This document shows, piece after piece, positions 20,911-31,239 of a DNA stretch of 64,000 nt (the stretch's first letter is position 1; the number at the start of each line of letters is the position of its first letter). This DNA is from an uncultured cyanobacterium. GTDB lineage: Bacteria > Cyanobacteriota > Cyanobacteriia > Cyanobacteriales > Nostocaceae. The notes under the pieces are model-generated. The model was not told the DNA's origin and ran no database searches. It saw only the letters and a program-made list of their open reading frames with translations. The position numbers were made by a program, and so were the translations under genes. The stretch is from positions 1,920,001-1,984,000 of the forward strand of contig CAVUDP010000002.1 of assembly GCA_963740315.1 (NCBI GenBank), given 5' to 3'.

Positions 20911-21157
20911 GGTATCAAGTATTAATGATAAGGGAAATACTGTATGCGTTGGCGGCTTCCGCAAAATGTGTCTTTAGAATAAAGCTGCCACCGATATGTT
21001 ATTATCTATAAATAATTTTGCCTTCGCCCGCTATCTTTGAGATGGTGGGTTCGTTTATTTTGAACATTTACAGCATTTATATTCTCTATTCTTTGTTTCC
21101 TGTTTCCTGTTTCCTATACGTTAATATCCTAAATAATGTAAACGAATTGACTGCAAT

Positions 21158-21508
21158 ATGAAGCCAGATTCACTACTAACAGAAATCATCTTAACCTCAT
21201 CACATCAGTCTCTAGGCAACATCAAACTTGATTGGACACCACAACCTGGAAATTATATTGACTATCAAGGTAAAACCTACGCAGTTTTGGAGCGTCATCA
21301 CCGTTATCAGTTAAAGGAAGGACGCTATTGCTTGCACAAAATTGCTATTTACGTACAATCAGCAAAAAGACCAGATGAAAAAACCTTAGTGAACGGACGC
21401 TGGGTAATTGGTAACGCTAAGTGTAGCTACAACGCCCTTTCAGAAATTATCCGCTGTGCAGTCAATCCCGAAGGACCTTGCAAAGGCTGCAAGTATTTTG
21501 AAAATTAA
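21158..21508 (+). CDS. Conserved cyanobacterial protein (DUF6464-like)
   Basis: C-terminal CSYNALSEIIRCAVNPEGPCKGC. Confidence 0.75.
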   Translation: MKPDSLLTEIILTSSHQSLGNIKLDWTPQPGNYIDYQGKTYAVLERHHRYQLKEGRYCLHKIAIYVQSAKRPDEKTLVNGRWVIGNAKCSYNALSEIIRCAVNPEGPCKGCKYFEN

Positions 21509-21555
21509 TTTTAAAATTAAAATGCTTTGATGCCTATTCTACACTTCCGGTGGTT

Positions 21556-22563
21556 CTAACTTTTTTCCTCCGGCGATCGCAATTCTTCCCCCACAGTTAA
21601 ACGGCTACCGTTAACAAAATCCCATCCCGACTGGGGACGTTTACCAGCTAACTGTACTTCTCGTAATAACAATAAACCATCTCCTGTTTGTACAATTGCT
21701 CCTATACCTTTAACAATGCTGACAACTTCTCCAGGTTTACCTGAGGGGCTTGATAATGGTAGCTTATTTTTTATTTCTTGAAGTGTAACTGGAAGTTGAT
21801 TCCAATACTCCGAATCAAGCGGTGCGGTGGCTGTAATCTTAATCGATCGCTCGCGGAATGTTGCCACACAATTGGGGTAGAAACCTCTAATTTTATTGTG
21901 TAATTCTATGGCACTTTTTGACCAATCCAAGTAATAATCTGATTTTTCGATCAAAGGCGCGTAAGTTGCTTTACTTTCATCTTGAGAAATAGGTTTAATT
22001 TCCTGACTTTGAAATTTTATAAGTGTTTCTACCAGTAAGTCTGCACCCATTAATGATAATTTTTCGGACAAATCTTGGGCATTATCAAGCAATTTAATCG
22101 GTGTAATAGCCTTGAGTAACATTGCGCCGGTATCCATACCCGCATCCATCAACATAGTCGTAATCCCGGTTTCTGATTCTCCATTATGCAAACACCATTG
22201 AATCGGGGCTGCACCTCGATATTGCGGTAAAATCGAACCATGCACGTTGATACAAGCTTTCGGCATATCCAGAATCTCTTGTGAGAGAATTTGCCCGTAA
22301 GCTACAACAACAAATACGTCTGCATCAATTTCTTTTAATTGACTTAAAGCCGTTTCATCTTTTTTTATTCGAGTCGGCTGCCATACAGGTAAATCCCTTG
22401 TCAAAGCAACACTTTTGACCGGGGAAGGTGTGATTTTCTTACCGCGTCCCCGAACTTTATCTGGCTGAGTAACAACAGCAATTACTTCAAAATCTGAGCG
22501 ATCGAGCAATTTTTCCAGCGTGGGAACGGCAAATTGGGGAGTACCGAAAAATACAACTTTCAT
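21556..22563 (-). CDS. fmt: Methionyl-tRNA formyltransferase
   Basis: [38 protein letters not shown]. Confidence 0.96.
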   Translation of the reverse strand: MKVVFFGTPQFAVPTLEKLLDRSDFEVIAVVTQPDKVRGRGKKITPSPVKSVALTRDLPVWQPTRIKKDETALSQLKEIDADVFVVVAYGQILSQEILDMPKACINVHGSILPQYRGAAPIQWCLHNGESETGITTMLMDAGMDTGAMLLKAITPIKLLDNAQDLSEKLSLMGADLLVETLIKFQSQEIKPISQDESKATYAPLIEKSDYYLDWSKSAIELHNKIRGFYPNCVATFRERSIKITATAPLDSEYWNQLPVTLQEIKNKLPLSSPSGKPGEVVSIVKGIGAIVQTGDGLLLLREVQLAGKRPQSGWDFVNGSRLTVGEELRSPEEKS

Positions 22564-23334
22564 AAAACCAACACAGCTAATTTTCAACTTTTAACAATAA
22601 CATTGCTGTTGGATCGCCGCCGCGATCGTCAATACTGCTTATGTAACAATAATTCAATAGATAGAGTGCAATTGATAAATTTATAGATTATACTGATGTT
22701 GGTATAGCGAAAGTCAAAAGTTTAATTTTTTTATACTTTAGTAGGAACCGAGCATTTATAGCTAAGCTTCCTTACTGATTAGCGTTACTTCTACTATTGC
22801 TACTGAAACTTATATATTATATGTTTCGTTGCCAAATACTAAGTAGCGCCTGTATTACGGCTTTTAATTTTTTTTTCTACTATTTATTAGATATTTCACA
22901 TCATAACCGGAATCGGCACCCGAAATGTGAAAGTACAAATACAACAGGTAGAATAATCTAGAATTCTAATGCCGACATCTATATTAAGTGATTTCAGCTA
23001 GATTTAGTTGTGTGTAATTCCTATTCCCACTGATAAGTATATATTGGCATCTATTTTTTGAGCCAGTATTTAGTTCAGCTGTAAAGAAGGCGGGTTTTTA
23101 TAACTACGCTCAAGTTTGCTACTTAATTGATTTTACCCAAACTATGATTTTTTCAACAATTGTTTAGAAAATTGAGTAAAAAAGCATACGCGATTTTGTA
23201 AAACTGTGCGAAATTAAAGTAGAGCATCTCGCTAAATCTTTAGTTCCCTGTTATACATAGAAAAGATAGCCTGCCCCATTGCGTTAGGCATTGCTCCTCC
23301 CACAGCAACCGCCCTCTAGAGAGTCAACCAAAAA

Positions 23335-24720
23335 ATGCTGAAACATCTTTTAATGTCAGGATGGTTCCGCGTGCAACCATTTCTCAAGTACGTATTAGTC
23401 GTAGTACTGATTGCGCCTTTAGTGGGAGCGTCAGCACATTCAAGCTCGGCAAAACAATCACAAGCTACCATTGTTGCCGCCGAAATGCCAGAATTGGATT
23501 CGGTGTTAGTAGAGGTTCCTATTGCTAGTGAATACAAATTATTACAACCAGAAACAGTCAAAACTTTGACATCGGATTCAGATGCCGATTCTGAATCGAT
23601 GAAAATGGCTGCGGTTATTGAGCCAAAAATAATACAGCCTCATGTAGTAGGGTCTTTAACAGTAGAGACTTTAACCGAAGGAAAAGAAGTAACACCTTAT
23701 GATAATTCTTTCTCCGTAAATTCCGTAGATTCCGTAGATTCCGTAGATGAAGATCCATTTGCTGAAGTTGAACTTGCACCATCTACTAATAGTTCTAATA
23801 ATAGTTCTAAAATAGTACCGAGAAAACTTCCTCTAAATAGAATTAAGTTGGTTCAGCGTCTGAAAGCTGGGAAAGCTGAATCTTCAACGAAAGATGTTTT
23901 AGTTGCTAAATTGGCAGGTACTAAATCACTCAAAGCAAGTAAAGTTATAGCTTTGAGAAGAAATTTAATTCCTCAACCGACCGATGCGCCCGTAGTAGAA
24001 GAACCAACTGAATCAGAATTATCCCAGCAAGATCCAATTGGAAGTCCTCATGCGATTCCTTGGAAATGGATAACCGCTACTCAAGAATCTGTAAGTGCTA
24101 ATACTGGTTCGGGAATACGTTACTACCGTAGCGTACCCGTAATTTCTCCGGATGGTCGTTATTCTATATACAGTCGCGTCAAGTTAGAAGTTAAGCCGCA
24201 AATGCACAAGAGCCGTGTTAGCAGCGTGCTATTTGTGGAAGATAGAGAAACCAAACAGCTAAAAGTTGTAGCATCGACTTCTGCTTTAGTAGATCCGTTA
24301 ATTAAAGCTAAGCAAATGCGGGGCGAAGACATCTCGATCCCTGGAAAAATCGGTGTATTAGTTCCAGTTAGCTGGTCAGAAAATGGCGAGAGTTTCTTAG
24401 CACGCAAATTTGAAGGTTTATTCAACACCGCTCACGCTTCAGATCAAGCATTAATTTGGAATCGTCAGAAAAATCGCGCTAATACAGTTGCTCCTTCTCG
24501 AAAGAATCACCAGTATGATATTGCTGTTTTATTAGGTTGGAGTAAAAATGCACCTGATAATGTAGTATTTCAAGCTGGCGAAATGGGTGAAGAAACTTGG
24601 TCTACAATTACAGTTGCCAATGATGGTAGAACAGTCACAACACCAGTTGTAGATCAGCCTACAACCTTTGATAGAAAAACTACTGATGTTTGGGCTGGAC
24701 CTCAAGTTGCTTATCAATAA
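23335..24720 (+). CDS. Exported hypothetical protein, low-complexity N-half, beta-rich C-half
   Basis: Signal-like N-terminus; ISPDGRY, PVSWSENG motifs. Confidence 0.8.
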   Translation: MLKHLLMSGWFRVQPFLKYVLVVVLIAPLVGASAHSSSAKQSQATIVAAEMPELDSVLVEVPIASEYKLLQPETVKTLTSDSDADSESMKMAAVIEPKIIQPHVVGSLTVETLTEGKEVTPYDNSFSVNSVDSVDSVDEDPFAEVELAPSTNSSNNSSKIVPRKLPLNRIKLVQRLKAGKAESSTKDVLVAKLAGTKSLKASKVIALRRNLIPQPTDAPVVEEPTESELSQQDPIGSPHAIPWKWITATQESVSANTGSGIRYYRSVPVISPDGRYSIYSRVKLEVKPQMHKSRVSSVLFVEDRETKQLKVVASTSALVDPLIKAKQMRGEDISIPGKIGVLVPVSWSENGESFLARKFEGLFNTAHASDQALIWNRQKNRANTVAPSRKNHQYDIAVLLGWSKNAPDNVVFQAGEMGEETWSTITVANDGRTVTTPVVDQPTTFDRKTTDVWAGPQVAYQ

Positions 24721-24749
24721 TTCATGATTACGATCGTAATATTTAAAAT

Positions 24750-24785
24750 AATCCCGTTCTAGTAGACACTAAAACGGGATTTTTC
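24750..24785. terminator. Terminator hairpin between convergent genes
   Basis: AATCCCGTT...AACGGGATT + T run. Confidence 0.7.
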
Positions 24786-24907
24786 ATTTATGTATTTTAT
24801 TTTGGGTATGGGGCATGGAGTATTAGACTACTCCCTACTCCCTACTCCCTATTCTCTGTTGAAAGACAAAAGCACATACTTTCTTTATTCAAAAATATTA
24901 AATAAAA

Positions 24908-25207
24908 TTACTCAGACTTTTTTTCACCTTCCGACTCCGAAGCAGAGTCTTTGACTCGACGGATAGGTACATTGGCTATTAAAGCTGTTGTACGTTGGTT
25001 ACTTTCCAAAGAAAATTCCAAACCTTCAGCTTCAACTTCCACGTAGCGGCAAACAATTTCTAAAATTTCTTGCCGCATTTTTTCTATCATTTGAGGGCTT
25101 AAGTCCGCCCGATCATGAGCAATAACTAATTGCAGGCGACGTTTAACGTCATTGCGACTATTATCCTTACCGCGAAAAAAAAGTCGTTCTAAAAGTTCAA
25201 GAATCAT
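24908..25207 (-). CDS. minE: Cell division topological specificity factor
   Basis: [12 protein letters not shown], operon with minD. Confidence 0.96.
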   Translation of the reverse strand: MILELLERLFFRGKDNSRNDVKRRLQLVIAHDRADLSPQMIEKMRQEILEIVCRYVEVEAEGLEFSLESNQRTTALIANVPIRRVKDSASESEGEKKSE

Positions 25208-25237
25208 TGCAGCCTTATGAGCGCATACTGGATTTGA

Positions 25238-26044
25238 TTAAATAATTTTTGTCCACAATAACTTTCGGAGGCGAGAAAATAGGTTGTCTTGGGACGAGTC
25301 AAAATCAAGAAAATCTACTGTTTCTCCTTCCAATCTACGAGCAATGTTATTGTAAGCTGTGGCGGCTAAAGAAGGATTTTCTGATAAAACCAAAGGTTCG
25401 CCACGGTTGGTAGAAACAATTACCCGCTCGTCGTCAGGGATTACCCCAATTAGAGGAACTGCCAGAAGTTCTTGAACATCTTGCACTGACATCATATCAT
25501 TTAACCGAACCATTGCGGGTTTTATCCGGTTAATTATTAAGTGAATGCGCTTTACTCCTTGTGCTTCTAATAACCCTACTACCCGGTCAGCATCACGCAC
25601 GGCTGCGATTTCGGGAGTTGTAACAATTAAAGCTTCGTTTGCAGGGGCGATCGCATTTTTAAACCCCATTTCGATTCCAGCGGGGCTATCAACGATAATG
25701 TACTGGTATTTTTGCGCTAAAGCATTTACCAGCAACTTCATTTGGTCTGGGGTGACTGCTTCTTTGGTGCGATTTTGTGCCGCAGGTAGCAGTACTAAAT
25801 TGGGTTGCCGCTTATCTTTGACTAAAGCTTGTTCCAAACGACATTCTCTAGCCAAAACCTCCACCGCTGTGTAAACGATGCGGTTTTCGAGTCCCAACAA
25901 CAAATCCAAATTTCGCAGACCAAAATCAGCGTCAACTAATGCTACCTGGCGACCGAGTTTGGCTAAAGCCATGCCCAGATTGGCTGTAGTAGTGGTTTTT
26001 CCGACCCCTCCCTTACCGGAGGTAATGACAACAATTCGAGTCAT
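25238..26044 (-). CDS. minD: Septum site-determining ATPase
   Basis: SGKGGVGKTT, DFGLRNLD. Confidence 0.97.
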   Translation of the reverse strand: MTRIVVITSGKGGVGKTTTTANLGMALAKLGRQVALVDADFGLRNLDLLLGLENRIVYTAVEVLARECRLEQALVKDKRQPNLVLLPAAQNRTKEAVTPDQMKLLVNALAQKYQYIIVDSPAGIEMGFKNAIAPANEALIVTTPEIAAVRDADRVVGLLEAQGVKRIHLIINRIKPAMVRLNDMMSVQDVQELLAVPLIGVIPDDERVIVSTNRGEPLVLSENPSLAATAYNNIARRLEGETVDFLDFDSSQDNLFSRLRKLLWTKII

Positions 26045-26291
26045 GATTACGAACGCGCTCGTGATGGCATTAAAAAATATAGAACATTTATTCAGTTACC
26101 AGTTATCAGTTATCAGTTATCAGTTATCAGTTATCAATTAACAGCTTTTAACCACTTTTTATGAATGATTTATTCATAAGGCAATTACGTTCATCCTATT
26201 AAAAAATTACAGGCATCGTGGATGTGTCATATTATGTTGACTTTGATTCGATTGATAACTGTTCGCTGTTAACTGTTGACTGTAATCGTAT

Positions 26292-27437
26292 TTATGGCTC
26301 TTGACGGGATCTAGCTAATTGAACTCTAGAAAAATCATTAGCCTTGGTAATGCGGATTCCCTGTGTCGTCATATACGCAACTTCAGCATCAAGCTGCGTA
26401 GGTGATTTCTCTGGTGCCCTAGCCAAAGCATCGGCAATTCGCAACTGGGTTGGTTCCATTTGTAAAGCCATAATTGTGCATTCGCTGTTACCTTGGGCAC
26501 CAGCATGAGCTACCCCACGCAGACGACCCCAAATTAGAATATCGCCATCTGCGACTACAATACCACCTGGATTTACATCTCCCAAGATAATTACACTACC
26601 TCTGTGACGAATTTCTACACCAGATCGCACCGTTGTTTCCAGATATAGTGCTTCAGAGGGCGGTAATGAAGCCGTTTTGGATTCAAAGTTGAAAGCCTGT
26701 TTCGGCTGCAATTGTTCTACAGAATAACCAGCACCCGCAGCCGCGATCGCAGTTTGACGGCGACTGGTACCCACAGATTTGAGTAGCAAGGACATTTCGC
26801 TTAAGGTATCGGCAATATCTTGCAGTTGTCTGCTATCAAGTAAGCGATCGTGTGCTACCAAATGTACGTTTATTTTAGAGTTAAAAAACCGTTGCTGCGC
26901 TATAAGCCGCAGTTTCATTTGCTGCCAAATTTCAGACCAGGTGTATTCCGATACTTTATCTTCGGATACGGTTGGTAAAGTCAACACTAGTCTATCTTTT
27001 TCGCTTCTAATTTCTACCTGTATTTTGTGATTTGCCGCATTTTCTAACAACGGCGTATCAAGGTTTATCTCATCATCAATCTGTTGTTCAATTTCATTTT
27101 CCTTGATTGTTGGTTCACCAACCGATCGATCTAAAGTTGGATGATAATTTTCTTCAACGCTAGTACCATCAAAAACAGGCTCAAGATATGGATTAACAGT
27201 AGAATTTTCTTCAACGCTAGTACCATCGAAGACAGATTGATATGGATTAACAGTAGAATTATCTTCAGCAGTAGCTGGATCTTCAACTAGCTTTGAGGAA
27301 AGATTGACATTATTTGGACTGGAAATAAAAGTAACTTCTGTCACGGTAGATTCCTCATCCGAACTAGTAACTGAGGAATCTGTCTGAGAAACATCATTGT
27401 TAGAATTAGAATTTGGGATAGCTGAATCAGAAGTCAT
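26292..27437 (-). CDS. minC: Septum site-determining protein with long acidic N-terminal extension
   Basis: TVRSG, GDVNPGG, WGRLRGVAHAG. Confidence 0.95.
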   Translation of the reverse strand: MTSDSAIPNSNSNNDVSQTDSSVTSSDEESTVTEVTFISSPNNVNLSSKLVEDPATAEDNSTVNPYQSVFDGTSVEENSTVNPYLEPVFDGTSVEENYHPTLDRSVGEPTIKENEIEQQIDDEINLDTPLLENAANHKIQVEIRSEKDRLVLTLPTVSEDKVSEYTWSEIWQQMKLRLIAQQRFFNSKINVHLVAHDRLLDSRQLQDIADTLSEMSLLLKSVGTSRRQTAIAAAGAGYSVEQLQPKQAFNFESKTASLPPSEALYLETTVRSGVEIRHRGSVIILGDVNPGGIVVADGDILIWGRLRGVAHAGAQGNSECTIMALQMEPTQLRIADALARAPEKSPTQLDAEVAYMTTQGIRITKANDFSRVQLARSRQEP

Positions 27438-27661
27438 GCAACACCAGCCAAAACGCGGACATCAAGCAATTCTCGAATATTTAATAACGGGTATTGTAGT
27501 TTTAAAAAATATCCATGATGCGTCTTTTTCTCACAATCTTTCATAAATTAGAAGTATTGGTTATTTAACGCACTAGTTAAGCCAATAAGATTTGGATATT
27601 GGATAATTTTTTAATTTCCCGCTCGGTTTGCGAACCTTTGTTTTATTAAAATGAATCAACC

Positions 27662-28987
27662 TCACTTAATATTTTTACTGAGTCTTTCATAAACAGTTGC
27701 TAAACCCGACGCTTCACCTACATTACCTGGAAATAGTACCACTGGTAAATTAGGAAACTGGGGATGATTTTCTGGAGTACGCACCATTGAAACTCCAGCA
27801 AGAATTTGACCGAGTAAACGCGCTGTTTTTAAAGCTAAACCAGTACTTAAAACATCGTTTGAAGTAATACCTCCTTTACCGATTAAAAATCCGATATCGT
27901 CAGGTAAATTTCGTACAACATCCATTAATAAGCCTGAAACCTTAGCTCCAAATTGCAACCGCGTATCAATATCCTCAAAAGTTAATTCCTGACGACTGGT
28001 ATAAACTACTGGTGTATTTCCAGCATTATGGCAGAGCCGAACATTTTCGAGTATATCGGTTAGCAGTGTAGCAGATTGATTCTCTTTATCAAGTAACTTT
28101 GCTACATCTACTTCGATTCCCACAATACCTTTTGCTTGTAAAAGTACTTCGAGTTGCTGGGTAGTTTTTTTGACGTGAGAACCAACTATTATGGCTCCCG
28201 GTTTACCCGTAATTACATATTCAGCCATGTTTTCTGGGGAAACTGGTTGGGGAGGTAGTGCAGCCAAAGCGGTTAAAATGCTGGCAGCAGAACGAAATAG
28301 AAAGCGTTTTCCCCGACTCGCTGCCGTCAATACATCTTCAGCAAACTTATTTAAATCGGCTTGGGTTTCCCCATCTACCACCCCACATCGATCGCCACTA
28401 AGTTTCATTAATCGTTCCAGACTACCACCGCGAATGTCATCAAGTAAAAATCTTTCTACTTTATCCGCAGCAATACGCCCGTTCGTTTTTTCCTCTACAT
28501 ATTTAGGTAAATAACTGTGATTGTAACTAAATACCGAATCGCGAGCGAATTCAGTTTCATGAACTGCAACGGGGGCACCCTGCATCATTAAGTAATGTAC
28601 GCTGTCACGAGTGATACGCCCTCCTTCAAAAAACGCCGGAACCAAAAAATGAGCATCAAAAGGTCCTAATTCTTTGGCGATCGCATCAGTTTCAATTGGG
28701 TAATGTCCCCGTAAAGTTGAGTCACTACGACTAACAACTAGGAAATCCTCGATCTTTTCGGCATCTAACGCCAATTTCAAGTTATGACAAACCTCTTTCG
28801 TCACAGATTCAGCTTTTTCTGGAGTTAACGCCCTGGTATTAGTTAAAACAAAGAAAATCGGTGAATCATCTTGTAACCCCAAGCGCAAAGTATCCACATC
28901 CCACTCCATTAAAAGCAAGCAACCGTGGACGGTTTGGGAACCAGTCGGATCGTCATCTAGAACAATAATTTTTGGTCGATCGCTCAT
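27662..28987 (-). CDS. Four-carbon acid sugar kinase family (DUF1537/YgbK-like)
   Basis: VLDDDPTG, SRSDSTLRGH, KGGITS, FPGNVG. Confidence 0.9.
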   Translation of the reverse strand: MSDRPKIIVLDDDPTGSQTVHGCLLLMEWDVDTLRLGLQDDSPIFFVLTNTRALTPEKAESVTKEVCHNLKLALDAEKIEDFLVVSRSDSTLRGHYPIETDAIAKELGPFDAHFLVPAFFEGGRITRDSVHYLMMQGAPVAVHETEFARDSVFSYNHSYLPKYVEEKTNGRIAADKVERFLLDDIRGGSLERLMKLSGDRCGVVDGETQADLNKFAEDVLTAASRGKRFLFRSAASILTALAALPPQPVSPENMAEYVITGKPGAIIVGSHVKKTTQQLEVLLQAKGIVGIEVDVAKLLDKENQSATLLTDILENVRLCHNAGNTPVVYTSRQELTFEDIDTRLQFGAKVSGLLMDVVRNLPDDIGFLIGKGGITSNDVLSTGLALKTARLLGQILAGVSMVRTPENHPQFPNLPVVLFPGNVGEASGLATVYERLSKNIK

Positions 28988-29001
28988 ATTGTCATATAAA
29001 A

Positions 29002-29667
29002 TTATTTGGGCGACTGTAATTTTCTGATTTGAGATTGAACATCAACAGCAATCTGCAACGATTGATTGAGAAGTTGAGCGTATTCGCCAGCTTCCGTACT
29101 CACTTGCAAAGCTTGCAGATTGGCTAAATTGTTAACAAATAAATCTTGATTGTTCGCAAGTAACTTTTTATTATCTCTTATTATTCGTTCCGTTTTCAAA
29201 GCTCGTACCAAATCTTCTCGAATTAGTTGTAACGCTGCAATAACTCGATCGCGATCGCTAATATTGCTTTGCGTATTTCCCGCTGTATCTAACTGGTCGT
29301 TAAGATCGATAGCTTGGATAACTTCGTGATATTCATCAACTTCATCCAAAAGTTTTGTGAGCGATTTCGGACAACTTTTTCGCCGCCAAAACCCCCGTGC
29401 TAATACTACCAATATTGGTACTAAAGCTAACAATAATAATCCGATAGAAATTGAGGAACCGATGGTAGGTAGAATAATAAATGCATAAATAAAACCGACA
29501 ACAATAGGAGTTAACGCTAAAGCTGTAATTACTTCGTTCATGAAAAAACCAAATCGTTTTTCGCGGTTTTTCAGAATTGAAGGGCGAAATACATCTTCTG
29601 GATCTACACCAGTTAAGCGTCTTAATTCACCTTTGGTAATTTCTAAACCGATTAAATCTGGCTGCAC
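29002..29667 (-). CDS. Hypothetical membrane protein
   Basis: Two TM helices + coiled coil. Confidence 0.8.
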   Translation of the reverse strand: MQPDLIGLEITKGELRRLTGVDPEDVFRPSILKNREKRFGFFMNEVITALALTPIVVGFIYAFIILPTIGSSISIGLLLLALVPILVVLARGFWRRKSCPKSLTKLLDEVDEYHEVIQAIDLNDQLDTAGNTQSNISDRDRVIAALQLIREDLVRALKTERIIRDNKKLLANNQDLFVNNLANLQALQVSTEAGEYAQLLNQSLQIAVDVQSQIRKLQSPK

Positions 29668-29833
29668 TTTAAGATATTCTCCTTTTGGTGGGGGTTATTA
29701 TTTTAAGAATACCTGGCGATTCAATATGCCGCACAAGCGCGGTGAACGCGGCTACACAAACGAAACCCACCGTGGCAGGGGTTTAAAGTCTTAACTATAA
29801 GGCTACAAAATACAGGTTTATTTTTTCGGAAAT

Positions 29834-31048
29834 CTACTCATTTGAAAACATCGAAAGTTGAGTCGCTGACTGATTAATTACATAAGTAACTGGTTTTTTA
29901 GTTTTTTTAACTTTACCTTGTTCTACAGCTTCATCTAACCAATCTTGCATTTGCAATAATCTCACGTTTAAGGTTTCTGCAAGAGTTTTTGCGTCTAATG
30001 GTTGTTGTAAGCGATCGAGAATTAAAGGTAAAACTGCTTGGTAAATTTCTTTTGAGGTGGCTGAAATCTCTTTTGTTTCTTTTGTTTCTACTGATGGTTT
30101 AATTGAGGATGCAGTTGATATCAAAAGTTGTTTTAAATCATCCCAAGGTTCTGGTGGAAAAACCTTTGCTCCTTTATCGTGTAACTGTTGATTACCTTCT
30201 GATATAGTTGGATGCATCCTAACAAAAACTGCTACATCTAATTTAGAAATTGCCTCCACCGCACCTGCCCAAGTGCCACCTTTACCCGCAGTTGAATCAA
30301 TTACAAGAGCATAATTTGCAAGAGCATAAATATATTTATTTCGTCCCATTGCATTACCAACATTAAAACCAGCATCGGGATCGTAACTGGAAATTAATGC
30401 AAGTCTTCCTTCTTTAATGCTTGAACGATATTCCCTATCTACTGATGCTTTAGTTAAACTATTAGCCAGCACACCTACAGAAGTTCCTCCGGCTTGCAAT
30501 ACCCCCAACATCGCCGTTTTATCTACACCACGCGCTCCACCGGAAATTACCTGTATTCCTTCCATAGCGCTTTTTTCGGCGACTTTTTTTGTATATTCTA
30601 GTTTCTCTTCATCAACGTCGCGAGAACCGACGATCGCCAATCCTCCCATTGATAATAGTTTGATATTACCAATTCCATACAGAATTGCTGGTGCTGAATG
30701 TTTTAGTGTTTGCTTGAGAGATTTGGGATAATTTTCATCACCTCTTCCTAATATCCACAATCCTTGATTAGTCCATTTTTCTACAGCTAAACTCAACATT
30801 GCACCGCGATCGAGTAAAGCCGATATTCTGCTCAATTCAAGTTTTGTTTCGCCAATCTTTTGTAATTGTTTTCCTGCTATTGGTTCGAGTAAATCTGCTG
30901 GACGCATTTGATTATTTCGCAACCAATTAGCTAAGGAATTATATTCACTGAGAGTCAAGGGTTGTGGTTCAATTTTGCGATTTTGTCCGAAGTTACTACA
31001 TAATAATAAAATTGCTTGAGTATCTGGCGATAATACATGATTTAACAT
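29834..31048 (-). CDS. DprA/Smf (SLOG) protein; PsyrA/RqlI-like
   Basis: AIVGSRD, VISGGARGVD, AMGRNKYIYALA, GGTWAGA; C-terminal wHTH-like; directly downstream of RecQ-PRT. Confidence 0.88.
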   Translation of the reverse strand: MLNHVLSPDTQAILLLCSNFGQNRKIEPQPLTLSEYNSLANWLRNNQMRPADLLEPIAGKQLQKIGETKLELSRISALLDRGAMLSLAVEKWTNQGLWILGRGDENYPKSLKQTLKHSAPAILYGIGNIKLLSMGGLAIVGSRDVDEEKLEYTKKVAEKSAMEGIQVISGGARGVDKTAMLGVLQAGGTSVGVLANSLTKASVDREYRSSIKEGRLALISSYDPDAGFNVGNAMGRNKYIYALANYALVIDSTAGKGGTWAGAVEAISKLDVAVFVRMHPTISEGNQQLHDKGAKVFPPEPWDDLKQLLISTASSIKPSVETKETKEISATSKEIYQAVLPLILDRLQQPLDAKTLAETLNVRLLQMQDWLDEAVEQGKVKKTKKPVTYVINQSATQLSMFSNE

Positions 31049-31089
31049 GGTTTTTAATGGTTTTACCGTGCTTATTATGCTAAGTTTTT

Positions 31090-31239
31090 ATGGTCAGAAG
31101 TCGGGTTTTTAGAATACGTATCTGTAATACACTTACAAATTTTATAAAAACCCGACTTCTCAACTGGAGCGTCGCGTGTCAAAGGTGGTTAGAAGTCATT
31201 TAATTATATGGGTACCTAACTTACGCCCGTCTGCCCTAA
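31090..31239 (-). mobile_element. MITE-like element, copy 2 (one end truncated)
   Basis: Reverse complement TTAGGGCAGACGGGCGTAAG...GTACCCATATAAT...CTAAAAACCCGACTTCTGACCAT matches copy 1. Confidence 0.75.

Noticed and set aside
22590..23334. Riboswitch or ncRNA in the long intergenic region (IR TTTCACAT...ATGTGAAA near 22894-22932)
   Set aside because: No recognisable RNA family; short IRs are expected in AT-rich DNA
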